Below, piece after piece: positions 27,575 through 41,240 of a DNA stretch of 46,221 nucleotides. The position numbers and the translations under genes were made by a program. The notes beneath the pieces were generated by a model that saw only the letters and a program-made list of their open reading frames with translations, did no database searches and had not been told where the DNA came from. Location of the stretch: NCBI GenBank assembly GCA_013115125.1, contig JABANN010000261.1, forward strand, positions 1 through 46,221. The letters are read 5' to 3'. The stretch comes from Perkinsus olseni. Its lineage: Eukaryota. Positions within the stretch are counted from its first letter, which is position 1; every line of letters begins with the position of its first letter.

Positions 27575-28624
27575 ATGTTGCAGCGTCTGTTGCGATACCC
27601 ATCTACCCTCACTATCAAGTCCGAAGATAGTGCTACTACAGCTGCTGGTGACTCGGTTTACTCTGAGACCCCCAGTCCACGTCAATCTCCTGAGAGCCTA
27701 CCATTTGACATCGCTTCCTATCTAGAGGAAGGCCTGGCGAAGGAATCACGGTGGGATCTTATCGCACCATTACCCAAGGGAGATTATCGTCATTTGAGGG
27801 TGGTCAGGAGTAGTGATGATGACTGGTCCTTCACACTAGAGACGGAGGGCACCAATGACTTCCTCGCCTACTGTCATGTTGATATACTCAGTGGCTGCGA
27901 GTCGGTAGAGGGTTCTGCAAGGGCGAAGGTGATACGTGCAAAGTTGTACTATTATCGCCCTGATGATGTCCTATTTAAGCTGGATAAGCCAGCCTTAGTG
28001 ATGGTCAGCTCGGCCGATCGATCCGAATGGACTGTCTTGTCTACCCGTTGTGATGGCTGTAGTTATCGTCGTAGGAGCAGTGGCACCTGTATAGATCTCC
28101 TCTCCGCTGCCAACGTTCTTCCACGCTCATCGACGCCTCTATTGGAGAATCCAATTAAATACCAATCAAATGCATACGCCAAAGTCCGTCGTCCAGTCGG
28201 TGCTCTCGATATCAGCTCACAGCAGCTAGCAGGGATGGTACAGGGTAAGAGGCCCATGGGTCACGGTATGTACAACTTCATGGAGATGGCTATCCCTTAT
28301 GGGAAGGATACGATTTGGTGCCCCTCGGTCAGAGATCAGTCCTGGACTCCTCTCAATCCTGGTCTCACTGATACCTCGTGTGTAGTACTAGCTACTAAGG
28401 AGCCTCAATGGAACCATTCTATGAGTTGTCTTGTCCTGGACTTCGACAATCGTATCATCATACCATCTGCCAAGAACTTCCAGCTAGTGCTTAAGGATTC
28501 TCCGGACACTATCGTATGCCAATACGGTAAGGTTGATAATAACGTCTACGCCTTGGATGTCTCAGCTCCTCTATCAATAATGCAAGCCTTTGCCGCTGCC
28601 ATTAGTACCGCTCTATGGGCTTGA
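27575..28624 (+). CDS. Tubby C-terminal domain protein, intronless
   Basis: KEPQWNHSMSCLVLDFDNRIIIPSAKNFQLV...IVCQYGKVDNNVYALDVSAPLSIMQAFAAAIS matches the Tub domain C-terminal motif (K.P.W...LNF.GRV...S.KNFQL...QFG.....F..D...PL...QAFAI.LS). Confidence 0.9.
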   Translation: MLQRLLRYPSTLTIKSEDSATTAAGDSVYSETPSPRQSPESLPFDIASYLEEGLAKESRWDLIAPLPKGDYRHLRVVRSSDDDWSFTLETEGTNDFLAYCHVDILSGCESVEGSARAKVIRAKLYYYRPDDVLFKLDKPALVMVSSADRSEWTVLSTRCDGCSYRRRSSGTCIDLLSAANVLPRSSTPLLENPIKYQSNAYAKVRRPVGALDISSQQLAGMVQGKRPMGHGMYNFMEMAIPYGKDTIWCPSVRDQSWTPLNPGLTDTSCVVLATKEPQWNHSMSCLVLDFDNRIIIPSAKNFQLVLKDSPDTIVCQYGKVDNNVYALDVSAPLSIMQAFAAAISTALWA

Positions 28625-29277
28625 AGTTAGCCACTTGAGATTAATGAATGTGCACGCCGCAGCAGCAGCAGCCGTACAGTGTCAGATTTGAATGAAATTA
28701 CGATATTATCGGAATGTGAGAATCCACATGTTATAGTAATATCATCATCATGAGACTTTCACGATGTTGAGGGCTGTTGTTTTGAGAGTTGGGAAATTAA
28801 TTATAGTATGAGCCATCTTTGGGGTTAATCAACCCCTCCACGAGATTATCCAAAGTTCGTATAGCGGGCAATACATACCGTGCAATTTTCCTTCCAGACA
28901 GAGTATCACATCTCCTCATACCTGTACCAATAGTGCTTAATTCCGTTGCTGGAAGGTAGCCGCCTTCGAAGCGTTACTAACGCAAGATCATTCTATCTTC
29001 CAGAGAACCAGAGTGGATAACATGCCGTTTCAGGGAAGTGTTTATTACTACTTATCATCTAACAACATCATGCAGGATTACTCTCTCTCAATACAACCAG
29101 ATGAAGACCGAGTACGATAATACAGTTTCCATAGGCTCGGCAGTATCTTCATGATCATCAGACATCATCACCAGAGGGAACATCTATACTATCAAAAAAT
29201 AGGACATAAAAAACATCATAGTCACTGCTGAGGATTTAACAGCAAATAATTGCAACAGACTATAAACAACAATGACA

Positions 29278-30904
29278 TCAACAATGAGCCTCTCCTTTAC
29301 TGTTGAGCACAGGTACTACCACTATTGGCGTTATTGACAGGGGCGGGAGTATCATGTGACGTATTCGACGGGGAGAAAAGTCCAGGAGGAATACTCTGAA
29401 GGAGAGCCTGATGGCCACCCAGTTGAAGGGTAGTACCGGAGCTGGCTCGTGATGATCTCCATCAGTCTGTGCGCCTGTCGTAACCGTCGCGCAGAATGCT
29501 GCTAATGCGGTGAGGAGGGGGCTTGTGATGGAAGGAGGCCCATCAGTAAGGCCTACACCAGGGATGAGGAAGCCTGTCCACAATACCCGCCAACAGTTTA
29601 CCATCGATCTTGTTTGTCTTGGAGTTGTCACCGCTGGTGCTGAGGATTGAGAGGGCTTGTAACAGAAGAAGCATTCGATCGCTAGTCCTCGCAAAATCAC
29701 GTATCTTATTGTAGAGCAGCAAGGCCCAATAATCCGCTGCCATGATGTACTTGAATCGCTATCTCCATCGCCTTCAACGCTGGCTCCTCTGAGCTTGGCA
29801 GATCATCACTGGAATCGACGAGCATTGGACTTGAGCAGCTTGCTGGTGTACACGAGGCTGCTGTTGAAGTTGTCCGTGGCGCCGCCGCGTTGGTGAAGTC
29901 TGATACAGTGCATCGATGACAGAGTAACAAAGATCTTCAGAGTGCCGACGCTCACTCTGATAATAGTCCTTCGCATACCCTTGATAGTAATCCATCCCGG
30001 CGTCCGGTGCAGTACCCAAGGCTGAAGAGATCATGGAGTGGACTGTAATAATAGCTGCGCACTTACCACGAGAGTTGCTGTCTGCGGAGGGGTATCCTGT
30101 CGGCAACCTCTCCTCACCATTGGCCTGAAAGAGGGACAACTATCAGACACTACTGGTCCTAAGGGAGATGAGTTCGCTCACAACACAATCGTCATGATCA
30201 TCGTAATGGTAGTATCCGCTGTTAGCGTAATCATCATATTCATCATACTGCTGCTGTGAAGCCCCATAAGGTGGCGGATAGTAGTACCCCATATCATGCC
30301 TGTCTCTACTGTACTGAATATGCCACGCGTGCTAAGAGTAAGCTCTGAGTCACTTGCTTACTGGATAGTCCTGCGGCTTAGGAGGCCTGTACTTCAGCTC
30401 CTGTGGCGAGTGAACATAGAAGCATTGCCCTTTACGCGCAAACTCACAGTTCGGCCCATACCGACAGAACCTACACCATACCACTCTGGCAATCCGCCAG
30501 AGCAACCTGTTACTTGGTCTTAAGCAGCCTTTGGTGTCTACTAACTTCAATCTCATCATGCCTGATCGCCAGTGGTATGTATCTTGGAAGCTCAGCCGAG
30601 GCTTCAGGGCTGTAGGTGATACCATCACCCACTGGTAATCGTTCTACAGTAGTGCTACCTTGCAGCTTCCTCGTTGGTGTTGTTGGTAGTGCCCAGCAAC
30701 TCAGCAGGGCTATCCTCGGGTCCTTGAGGGCAACTTCCTAGAAGAGGTTGAACAACAGTCGGAGAGACTTCCAAGATTGTATACCACACCATCAGTTTCG
30801 TTGTTGATTTTAAATCCACTTCCGTCCACTCCGTCCTCACTCGGGGGGCGAGAGCTGTCAACTGTGACAACGCTGTTGATACTCTCATCATTGACCATCA
30901 TCAT
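29278..30904 (-). CDS. CCCH zinc-finger RNA-binding protein
   Basis: CRFCRYGPNCEFARKGQCFYVHSPQEL in ORF 30350..30628; downstream exons 29774..30139, 29706..29930, 29543..29743 and 29278..29700 can be linked by GT-AG introns; ends approximate. Confidence 0.7.
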
Positions 30905-31395
30905 AACAAGCGCGATGATGACGAGGATAATGAAAATGATGATGATTGACTAACTCTGATCCTATCATGATGGGAAGGAAGAACATATTATCTCGGTAGG
31001 AGTTTAAAAAGAACAGGTACTACCCGACGATAGTTGTTGATAGCCCCACCAGCTTGATCATCATCAGCAGTAGCAGTACTATCAGAACTGGATACATAGT
31101 AAATGAGCAGCATCATCAAATACAACAAGAAGGTAGACACCAGTAGTGGTAGTACCTTACGATCCAGCTACCTCGACAATAGCCGGGCAATAGCGACAAA
31201 GCGGTAGTAGTAGCAGCAGTGGTGGTAATTGCGACGCCCACACTAGTTGCCTGCTACCCTAGGGTGAAGGATCCAGGAATGATGATCATGAGAGACACCG
31301 GAAACCTGTAGAGGGTAGTACCAATAATAATGATACCTCTGCTCCTACTGCTGCTGCTGTGGTTGTTGTCGTTGTATGCACAATAGGTTATCACA

Positions 31396-31414
31396 CTACT
31401 GCTGTGAACTCTGC

Positions 31415-31478
<64 letters not shown>

Positions 31479-34400
31479 GCTGTTGCTGCTGATTACCATG
31501 ATAACCACCTCGATGTCCTCCTTGTCTACCTTGTTGTCCGCCATAGTATCCACCTCTGCCACCTCTCTGGGGTGGGCTAGGCATGAGACCAGCACCACCA
31601 CCCTCGGCATTATCACCCTGAGTGCCTGGAGTGACTAGGACTCCAGCTGGCCCTCCTCCCATTATGTAAGCCCCTCTACCGCCAGCAGCAGCAGCATTGT
31701 CTCCTGGCATCTGTGGGCCTGCTGCGTAGTAGGGTTGTGGCGGCATGCTACCAGGCGCTGCTGCTGCTGCTGCAGGACCTCCAGCATACATCGGTGGTGG
31801 GTACATACCACCTGGTGGTGGTACATGCATACTACCAGATCCAGTCATTGGACCAGATGATCCTCCCCCAGCTGCTGCATTGCCCTGCTGTTGTGGACCG
31901 CTACCCCCTCCTTGTTGTTGTTGTCCTGGCATTGGTGGTGGCATAGCACCAGGATATTGATACATACCTGGCCCAGGTAGGGGCGGTGGAGCGCCCATTG
32001 GACCAGCACCAGGCATAGCCATCATACCCATACCAGGCATGGGCATGGGGGAACCCATTGGCCCAGCAGCCCCAGCAGGACCAGGCTGCATCATATGTGG
32101 TCCTGGTTGGCCAGGGATGATAGGCATGTAGGCAGCAGCAGCAGCACCGCCTTGACCTGATGCTATGGCAGGGCCAACAACCATGGGCGCTGCTGCTGTT
32201 GGTGCTGCTGCTGCAGTTGCCGACGCGGAAATGATATCCCGATAACTGGATGATTTTGAACCATCTGGCCAGTCGGTCGACACTGCAGATGTATTCTCAT
32301 TCTGACTCGAGTCTAGCAGCCTACCCATCACTTCACCGAGAGTCGACTTGTCAAGACTCTTATCATCACATAGAGGTACGAATGATGGTGGTGTTATATT
32401 AGGCAAGGGCATAGGACCAGCAGCCATGATACCTGGATAGGCCGCGTGGGGAGGCATAGGTATCATCATGCCCATCGGGGGTGCACCACCTTGGCCCGGT
32501 ATCATACCAGCCATTGGGCCCATCATGGCGCCATGTGGTGGGAGCGGGGGAGGAGGGGGACCACCCTGAGCACCACTCGGCATAGTAGAGGATGATGGAC
32601 CACCACGTCCACCAGCAGCCTGATATTGTTCTTGTTGCTGTTGTTGTTGTCTACCCTGGGGTGTTTGGGACGATCCACCAGAGGCCTGTTGTTGCTTGTT
32701 AGGAGCACTAGCAGCAGAAGCAGGGCCAGACGCAGAGCCTTGTTGTTGTTGGTCGGCAGCAGCAGAGGCAGCATCATAACCATCATAATTAACATTCTTC
32801 AAGGTACCAGACAGACTACCACCAGGAGTAACATTGATATTGAGTGTCGCTCCTTGTGTGGGTACTCCAGCTGTACTCGGGGTGAATGTATTAGCATTCG
32901 GATTGAAGGAGAACCCACTACGCTTTGGTCCGCCACTCTGAGTTGAATCCAAGGTCAGATTCTTCCTACCGCCACCGACACCGGCAGCACCACCTTTACC
33001 CACTGGGGGCTTCCCAGCATCTTGTTGTTGCATCTGAGCATTCTGTGCATTGTGAACGGCATTCATCATAAGCTGGCTCGGCTGATGACCAGCAGCAGCA
33101 GCAGCCCCTCCTTGGAAGGGGCCTCCCTGTGGAGATCCTTGAGGGGCGGATATTGGTGCAGGTAGTCCTCCTCCCTTGCCACCCTTAACACCCTTCCCTT
33201 TACCACCCTTAGCTGTTAATGGTGGGGTAGCAGAACCATTCATAGTATCAAGAAGGGCACCCCCTTGTTGCTGTTGCCAGGCACCGGGCCGAGCACCCTT
33301 ACCACCCTTACCACCACCAGCAGCTGGTGTTGGTTGTTGACCTGCTGCCGGTTGTGCATTGGCATTGATCCAATCTTCTCTATCCTTCTCAGGTAGCTTG
33401 GGTAATGCCGGTTCCAAGTTGAGAGCGTTAATGCCTTTCATCTCGGTTACTATCGGAGATACACCAGCAGCCCCAGCTGATGCTGTTGGAGGCAACTGTG
33501 GTATGGGCTTCCTGTTGACTTCCGCCATCACCGGCGATGCCTAAAGATGAGTAGGTAATGTGACAGTTATTAGAATGATTATATTACCCCAAGCAAGGAA
33601 TGCTTGCTGCCTGGCGTCTGCTGTTGTCCCTGCCTATGAGGAGCAGCAGCAGAGGACTGTAGTGCCTGATTGTGACTGTGGAGGTTCTCCTGAGTCAACG
33701 GTTGAGGTGGGCGGGGAGAGGTTGATGCTAAGAGAGAAGAAAATACTTTAGACTCGATAACACCCAGCGATGAGTACTTTGCTTGGGTGAACGGCCCAGC
33801 TGACTGACTCTGACGGAGGCCGGCTCAAGATTGAGGGCATTAAGCCTCTGACATGATGAGCATGAGCATCAGCATCAACCTCATCCGGTGATACTGCTGC
33901 ATCTATGTGTTACCGTATTGCCGGCACTAGCCGCGGGTGCTCTATGATGTCGCTGACCAGCATCAATCATGCGCAGATGGCTTTCAAAGTCGGCCTTCAT
34001 ACGGGCCCGCTCGGATATCTAAGGTTAACTATGGTCCATGACGGATGAGGAGATAACTAGTGCTACTACTTGTTCCGGAGATAACTGGGGTTTTTGGTGT
34101 GGTTGGTGGTTAGTAGCATGTACTCCAGGATGCTGTTTATGGCCGCCAGTAGCATAGCCACCCGTACCTAGCATGTCTCGATAGACGAGATAGTCTAATT
34201 CCTCGAGGCTGCAATATTACCTTGAACAGCCGAGAACAAAGCCTCCTCATCTTCAGCCCCGGTGCCTTCCTCCTTGCCACCGTAGTTCTGCGAATGTTCT
34301 ATTTCCCTGACATGAAAACCATGGGAAGCCGAGTCCACAGTGGCCGACGGTTACTTAGCGATTCTCGCGGCTCTCCGCTGTTTTTCGGGTGATATCTTTG

Positions 34401-35257
34401 AAGTATCCAAAGTAGTAGTGTATCTGTACATCACTCATGAGAAATATAGGTTAAGCTATTGCTATTATTGTTACAAATCCTCATTGTATGTGCTCTTAAC
34501 ATTAAACTTCCTCTCATTAACAGCAAATTGGTCCCAATGAGCTCCACCTAACGTGAACCACTGCTACCCTCATAGAGAGGTATCATCATCATTACTACTA
34601 CTACTACCCTTGCCAATCCTGGAATCATCGAAGCTGCTCTCCAAAGGCTTATCGAGTCTAAGGACGACGATGAAGGCGTCTAGTAGGGAGATTGAATACT
34701 TACGCGTCATCAGTCTTGCTGTCCCATCGTTGAAGGATTCTTTCCTTACCGGCTAGACTGCTCCTCGGTAGAATCTCTGAGTCGGTCTTGAATCCACTCA
34801 AGTGAGGTCCCTGACAACTTATTATTATTACCCATAATCAACCCCAAGATATGCCTACCTTCTTCTCATCTACGCCTGTTACAGGCACATCCTTAGCTGT
34901 CAACGAGGCAACATCTTTGCCGGGTATTAGCATCTCGTCCAGTATTGGACCCGATAACTTGTTGGCAGTTGGTAATTCTCTTGCGTATTTCAAAGCTAGA
35001 TCAAAGTCCTTCTCTGGTTTAACACCCGATAGTATCCCTTCATAAATTGTCTGATTTCTCATCTTCACTTCAACAGTCCTTCCAACCAATGATAACCACA
35101 TAAACATCATCCTCTCTCTATTCATGTCAGGCCGCGTCCGACTTGGTGGTACTCGTGGTGGAGCAGCCCCAGTAGTAGTGCTCCTATTAGATGATGACCC
35201 CCCACCAGACGAGGGTGTTGAAGATGAAGCTGCCGGGGTCACTACAGTTGTTGGCAT
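31396..35257 (-). CDS. ATXN2: Ataxin-2/Pbp1 family RNA-granule protein
   Basis: SM-ATX domain (RMMFMWLSLVGRTVEVKMRNQTIYEGILS), GFKTDSEI, LsmAD (WDQFAVNERKFNVKSTYNEDL|YTTTLD...RAARIAKEIE, DEEALFSAVQ), PAM2-like FSFNPNANTFTP, long P/G/Q/M-rich tail. Confidence 0.9.
31411..31491 (-). repeat. Coding polyglutamine tract Q27 with (CAA)21 core
   Basis: The + strand reads ctgctg(ttg)21ctgttgctgctg, in frame in ORF 31396..33531. Confidence 0.9.
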
Positions 35258-35427
35258 GCTACTAGAACAAGAATAACAGCAGCTATAATGTAAAGTACAG
35301 TGATACCGACGATTAAACAGCCTGCTAGAAGTGGGGGAAGTACACACGCGTACCGGTATTATTCGCGCACTTTAAACCGGCGCACAACCGTCGATATCTG
35401 AGAAGACCCATTTGAAAGTTACTTCCC

Positions 35428-36369
35428 ATGATTCTGCATTCTCATCATCATCCTCTTCACCCTCATGATGATAGCTCCACCACGACCGCTTTCTTCAGAT
35501 CTCGACGACGGCATCGGCACCATCACGGTGATGCTGCTGCTGATGCTTATCGGTCGTGCTGCTGCTGCTGCCTCTCTCAGGTCCATCAATCTTTGTCATC
35601 CCTACTGGTGGAGGTGGTGGATGTGGGTGCCATGGTGGTGGTATGTTCAGCTTCAATGGAGATACGCTCAGTGGACTGGCTGGAATGACGAGATATCTTT
35701 CAGTGCGCCCTATCATCATCTACCACTATGATGATCATCACACCCTCAGGCCCACATGAGGAGGTCCTGTGCTCGGACTGCTGTTGCTATGCATGCTCTG
35801 TGATGATCATGATTATGATGACGCCTCCTTGCTGTATTATAAAGTCATGTTATGTTGGTCATTGAGCCAATCATCTTCCCCTCAGTATATCTTCCATGAA
35901 TGACCATCATCTAGCTACCATACAACACGGTGCTCCTATAACCCATTTCCTGTACGTAGGACATCATCACCATACCACCTTCCATGGAGAACCTCATCAA
36001 CAGCCTACTGGCTTCTTCCGTGGTAAAAGGAGACGCCATCGTCATCGTCACCATCATCAGAATGGTAACCATCCCCCTAAATGCCACACTACTAGTCATT
36101 CCCCAGTAGGCCCGAATGTATATATGATCCCTGGTTCCTTCACTGACAACACACTCCTCAACACAGCGGCTGTCACCAGGATGACACAGGTTCTATCGAT
36201 ACTAGTGAGTCTCCTCTTACATACCTTCTCTTCAGTTGTTGGCTGATCAGCGTTGTGCCAAGGATGCTCACCATTGCCCACATGATAAGACCTGCCCTAT
36301 AGTCCTGCTATAGATATGATCATCATTATTATGTTGTTATCAGCAGCTATTCGACTTAGACTTCAGTGA
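35428..36369 (+). CDS. Multi-exon His-rich hypothetical protein
   Basis: Divergent from ATXN2; segments 35428.., 35581..35702 and 35896..36246 are bounded by GT/AG sites; 3' end uncertain and the gene may continue into 36400-37448. Confidence 0.35.
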
Positions 36370-36399
36370 GCCTCTCTTAGTGATGGTAGGTAAGGTATT

Positions 36400-37448
36400 A
36401 TGATGCTCTCAAATAAATGTCAATGCGGCAGTCGGATCCATGAGGATCTGGCGTGTGATACCGATGACAAAACCCAGCAAGTTGCCCAACTCCAAGATGC
36501 TCTCACCGTTCTACACAGTGAGAAGCTTCAACAATGTCGACACATAGCGGAGTTGCGAGAGAGGATTGGTATGCAACGCTGTGAGCCCTGTGAGTACCAT
36601 CGGTCGATAATGCCAGGTAAACAGTCTAGAGAGAACCGTCTCCTCGCTGAGAAGTTAGCCACTGTTATAGCAGAGGTGTCGAGGGGAGTTAGGTCCTCCT
36701 CCAGTAGCCGCTCTGTGGTTGGGACGAGAAGCATCGGCACCGGTACCACGGATGGTGGTGAACAGGTGCTCTGGCAGGGGATATTGAACTGCTATCGTCA
36801 CTCGATCAGAGTATCCTCCTTCTGACACCAAAAGAGAGTAGAAGTAGTAAGAACTATCTGGAGGTGTTCAGGATGGACTACTCTCCTGGCTCCAACGAGT
36901 CATCACCTGTTTCGAAGAGAAAGCTCTCTCTTGGGGCTATCTACGAGGATCAGAACTGGTGTGATGTTGGCCGAAGGAAAGACTTCCCCAGTACTAACTC
37001 GACAGTCTCCAGTAGCGACTTACTAATAGAGGTGAGCAGGATTGTCCCGCTCGTGTTGCTTCAGTACACTAATATCATTGTATTCACTCAGGAGGCGTCC
37101 CTTCCCGATAGAGTTCAGCTGTTGGTAGGGGCGTACGATACCCATGTCGGCATACCCGGAGTCCTCTTCCGTCCTACCAAGTCGGCAAGTAGCTTATCAA
37201 CTCTCAGTGTCGTTTGCTGCGGGGGTGCCATCAGTTTTATAGGTGGTTACGTTTTGGCTGGTAAATGGGGCCATTCAGACGTGATGGTTGGCGTAGAGCC
37301 AGAACATATGGAGTTCCTGGGCTGCGTCTTCACCAACTCTGGTCGGATAGTCACCGGATGTGTTCATCTCTCCGGTGACTCAGTGAGCATACAGTGGGAG
37401 TTTGGTCAGACGTGGACCCGCAAGAAGGAGGAGGACGACGACAATTGA
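36400..37448 (+). CDS. Hypothetical coiled-coil protein with beta-rich C-terminal domain
   Basis: QQVAQLQDALTVLHSEKLQQCRHIAELRERI heptads; terminal exon ...GDSVSIQWEFGQTWTRKKEEDDDN then stop. Confidence 0.5.
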
Positions 37449-37865
37449 ATTATTATTTCTCAAATTCACTGGTGTTCATGAGCGTATCATTCACTTCACT
37501 CGCTCCTTGCGTTGGTAGGTCGATAATCAAGGTAGGGTACGCCGACAACTCAGCGCGCTGTACACGGCAAGCCTCGATTAAACGCAGAAAAGTACCGTTC
37601 TCTCCCACCGTTGACTCGATCCTTATCCTATTCGTTTACTGTATTATATCATCGTAGCATAATGGCAGCGGATGGACGCTGTATGGCGACTGAGGGTGTC
37701 TCCTTGTTAGTGGTGAGTGCTACGTCGAATAGTCGGTAGTTTTGCAGTGAAAACAATGTTCACATAACTAATCAGTGGATGATCGAGTAAGTACTCCTCT
37801 GGGACCGCAGCGCCTTTGACATCGGCCGATTATGATAACACGATACGCTTGTCAGTAGAAATGAA

Positions 37866-38358
37866 TCAAAGTTCCACTTCGACGTCCATGGTGCTACCCG
37901 ACTGATGATTTGACATGCTTGCTTTGGCATTCCCTGATACCTTCAATCCGCCGCCCTCCTGAAATGAGCTGGACTGAGTCGAGGAGGTCAGCGAATAAGA
38001 TGGGCAGGCATGCCCCAACCTCAGTTGTGGACTCCCGAGTTTCTGCTTCTACTCTGACCATCTCCTCTCGGTAGGTCGCGAGCTGCTCTCTGAGACAACA
38101 AAGCATCAACAACCGTCCTGGCACCCGTCGCTCTTCCACCTGAATTCAGGCAGTCTGTCAGTGAACTCGGCCTTCTTTGCCGAGGCCCAATCAGTGAGGA
38201 AATCTCCGCTGTTGTGGTAGTCTCCCTGTCCAGTGTGATGACAGTAAGCATTGAGCCGTACCACATCCCCTGGGACATCGTCTATGTATAGAGTGCCTGT
38301 AGCCCCGTCCTCTCCCTGTATGGTTGTACCTCTATTCACCTGGCCTTGAGTTGACATG
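37866..38358 (-). CDS. Small hypothetical protein
   Basis: GTLYIDDVPGDV...FLTDWASAKKAEFTDRLPEFR|..EQLATYREEMVRVEAETRESTTE|EGGGLKVSGNAKASMSNHQSGSTMDVEVEL stop, joined by canonical introns; start uncertain. Confidence 0.45.
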
Positions 38359-38510
38359 AAATGAACAGAGGCCCTGGATGGATGGGGTGGTGGTGCAGAC
38401 TGTCCGCACGTAGATGACCACAGTTGGTGATGCAATAACCGACCCGAACCTGATAAGGAGGCGCTACAAGACAGACTTTTCTCTCTAGTCGATTTCCCAA
38501 CCTGCTATCC

Positions 38511-39806
38511 ATGCGCAACCTCGATGATGGATTATACTCATTCTCGAGTGGATATCGTGAGGACACAGTCCGACTCGAATACCTACATGACTCGTCTGAA
38601 CTCCCTGAACAGGCTGAACAGCTACAGTATACCCGTATCGAGGGAGCTCCATCACAGACAACTCTCTGGGTATTCGCGGTAGAAGGTCTCTCGCGATACT
38701 CCGGATGGATCCTGTCTCAGAATCATCAGAATGACTACAGCTCCTCTTCGTACCCCTCTCATTGGTGAGATAGTCTACGCCGACCTGGAGGAATGCGACC
38801 TTATCTGCTACGCCACGCATGGACCACGCACAAGCTGTCTGATGGGAGAAGAGCTCAGATCATCACACGCCATGTTGCACCCACCATCGCTATATCTATC
38901 CCTTCCGAGGAGATGTTCAAGTGATGCCATTCGACCGACTGGTCCGACACGAACTCATCAACTCCTGGTGCCACCTCGAGTGGAGTGTCCGAGTATCTGC
39001 AGGCTGCATTGGTCGAGGACCGAGGAAGGGCCCCGAGCGCGATCGTTATGTGTCGGGAGGGAGGTGAAGATCGATTTACATCGAGATCTTCTCTACGCCC
39101 AACATGAGGTGATATACGATCCAGCCAGTCAAGCCGCCGAAGTGAATAGTAGAATTAAGAGAGAGAAGATGAACCGCACAGAGGGAGAGGGGGTAGGGTT
39201 TCGATATGGTCGTGCTGAGGGAAGGATGGTAGGTATGATGCCTTGGCAGGGGAAGGCACCGACAATGTCCTATCGACTCTGTTGTCCGATTGCCCCTCTC
39301 CTGGTGGTGTGGTCTTGGGTGTATCTATACCACCTGAGCATAGTGGAATGGGCCCGATCTTCCACTCAGAGGTGTATCTGAATAATAAGCATGATAGGAG
39401 TAATGAGTGTCTTCAGGAAGTATCACTCGCCAGAAGTGGTAACCTCGGTGATGTGGTGCGACCATGGCATTGGTATGAGTTCTAAGCCTGTTGCATGGCT
39501 ACTAGCAGGAATGGAGTTCTTGCTATACATCTCATCGATAGCATGACCCATGGAAGATGGCAAGGGGCATCTACAGTCAACATTGGGGTGGCTGCCTCTG
39601 ATGGCGTAAAGTCGTACCGTATGAGTACAGCCCTGCCCTCGAGGAGGGCAACAGTCGTTGCTTGTATACTCGGTCCCATCCCGTGTAATCGACACATCCA
39701 CTCAGTCTTGGATACGTGGAGGTCGGTGGATGCAGCGGCAGAAGGGTTGTCGAGTAGCAGCACCTCTATGAAAGCCGACACTGTTGTGGCCGGTATATGC
39801 AACTGA
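38511..39806 (+). CDS. Multi-exon hypothetical protein
   Basis: ORFs 38511..38768, part of 38731..39381, 39243..39485 and 39495..39806 with gtgag/gtatg donors at their ends. Confidence 0.45.
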
Positions 39807-40752
39807 TAGGGCGTCTTTGGGCATGGCTGCCTCAACCTCACTACCCACTTTGTCAACAATACTCTCGGCTTCAACCGACCCTTCTACGAGCCAACCATCC
39901 AATGCTATAATTCGTACAGAGTTCTCTCTGTGGGGGCCGTAGTGGAGCAGTGATATGTTACCGCATAGACGCTTACGTACAGTATAGGGTATTATGAGAG
40001 GAGTGTGAAATGTGGGACTAGATGTATCCATCTTACTCAGTGGTGAGGGAAGATACGCCCTGAGCTACAACATCAGGTGTAACATTAGTATCGCCATGAA
40101 CTCACAGTTGGCGTATGACCTCACTGTGCTCAAGTGTCAGTCTGCCGTAATCACAAGCAGCCCTCTCGAGTAAAGCGGAAATCCTGGGCATGAGACGCTC
40201 CGCTAGAGAAGCATAGTGGAGGCTGTTTGAAGGGTCCTTCAAATACCCGAGTGCCACACCTATCGGCCGGTGGCTACCAGGGACGGTATGACAGTCCCTC
40301 ATCCTCCTCACCTATTCGGTCAATGACGGATTCACACCCTTCACCTGCATCAAGAATAGCGCCGACGATTGCCTTCACTGAGTCTTCTTTGGTTCCATTC
40401 CTATCGTCTATAAGCACTGTAGAGTCGCCATCGTGCGCATATGGCCGCATGAGGGGGCTCCAAGGAACTCTACTGCCTGAGATCGACGTACAGATTGAGT
40501 GTGGGAGGAGCGACCAGAGCGGCCTGAGAGATGGTGGTGACCTGTGAGGATGTAGCGGAGGCTGCCAAGCTGATCCAATAGCCCGAACAGACTGTGATGC
40601 CAACCACTTGTGAAGAGGCTGCCTCCGCCATCACTCTTGAGTATCCCCCCCAGTGCTGTATTGATACTAGAGGCACTAGGTGGGGTAGCCAAGGTGAGAG
40701 CTTCTCTGGTAAGCCGAGCCAGACGGGCAACCACTATGGCCGTGTTCAGATC

Positions 40753-40789
<37 letters not shown>

Positions 40790-41128
40790 GCAGCAGCATT
40801 GTTCTCTTCTTGAGCAGCAGGCTCCTCTATGACCATCCATGACTCATCAAGTATCGGCTCCGAGGCCTTGCCGAGTGAGATCTGCTGCACACCGGCCCTC
40901 CTGTCGACAGTACACGCTCTGTATGCTTGGCGATACCGGGGGAATCTGATGAGCAGCGTTTCATAGTCGTCAGTCATAAGAGTGACCTCACGTGAGGTAG
41001 GCCAGCATATCAGAGTTCTGTAGCATTGTTGGGTCTATGTCATCAACCCTGATGCTAGACGCAGCACTCCCTATCAGTAACAGGACCACCAGCACCAGCA
41101 CCAGCAGCAGCAGCAGCAGGAGCATGAT
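39702..41128 (-). CDS. Multi-exon hypothetical protein with poly-Asp tract
   Basis: Chain of minus-strand ORFs 40988..41194, 40408..40977 (poly-Asp run), 40274..40603, 40102..40311, 39702..40031; both ends approximate. Confidence 0.5.
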
Positions 41129-41240
41129 AATGATATGAGGTTGAACTAATGCTGTGGTAGGGAGTCTACAGGCCCAAGGATGGCGACGCAACAATAATTA
41201 AGCAGTGCAAATGTATCATGTTGTTGTTGTTGATGATTGG

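Noticed and set aside
31254..31638. Poly-Asn, poly-Val and poly-Leu ORFs
   Set aside because: Alternative frames and strands of the Ataxin-2 polyQ repeat.
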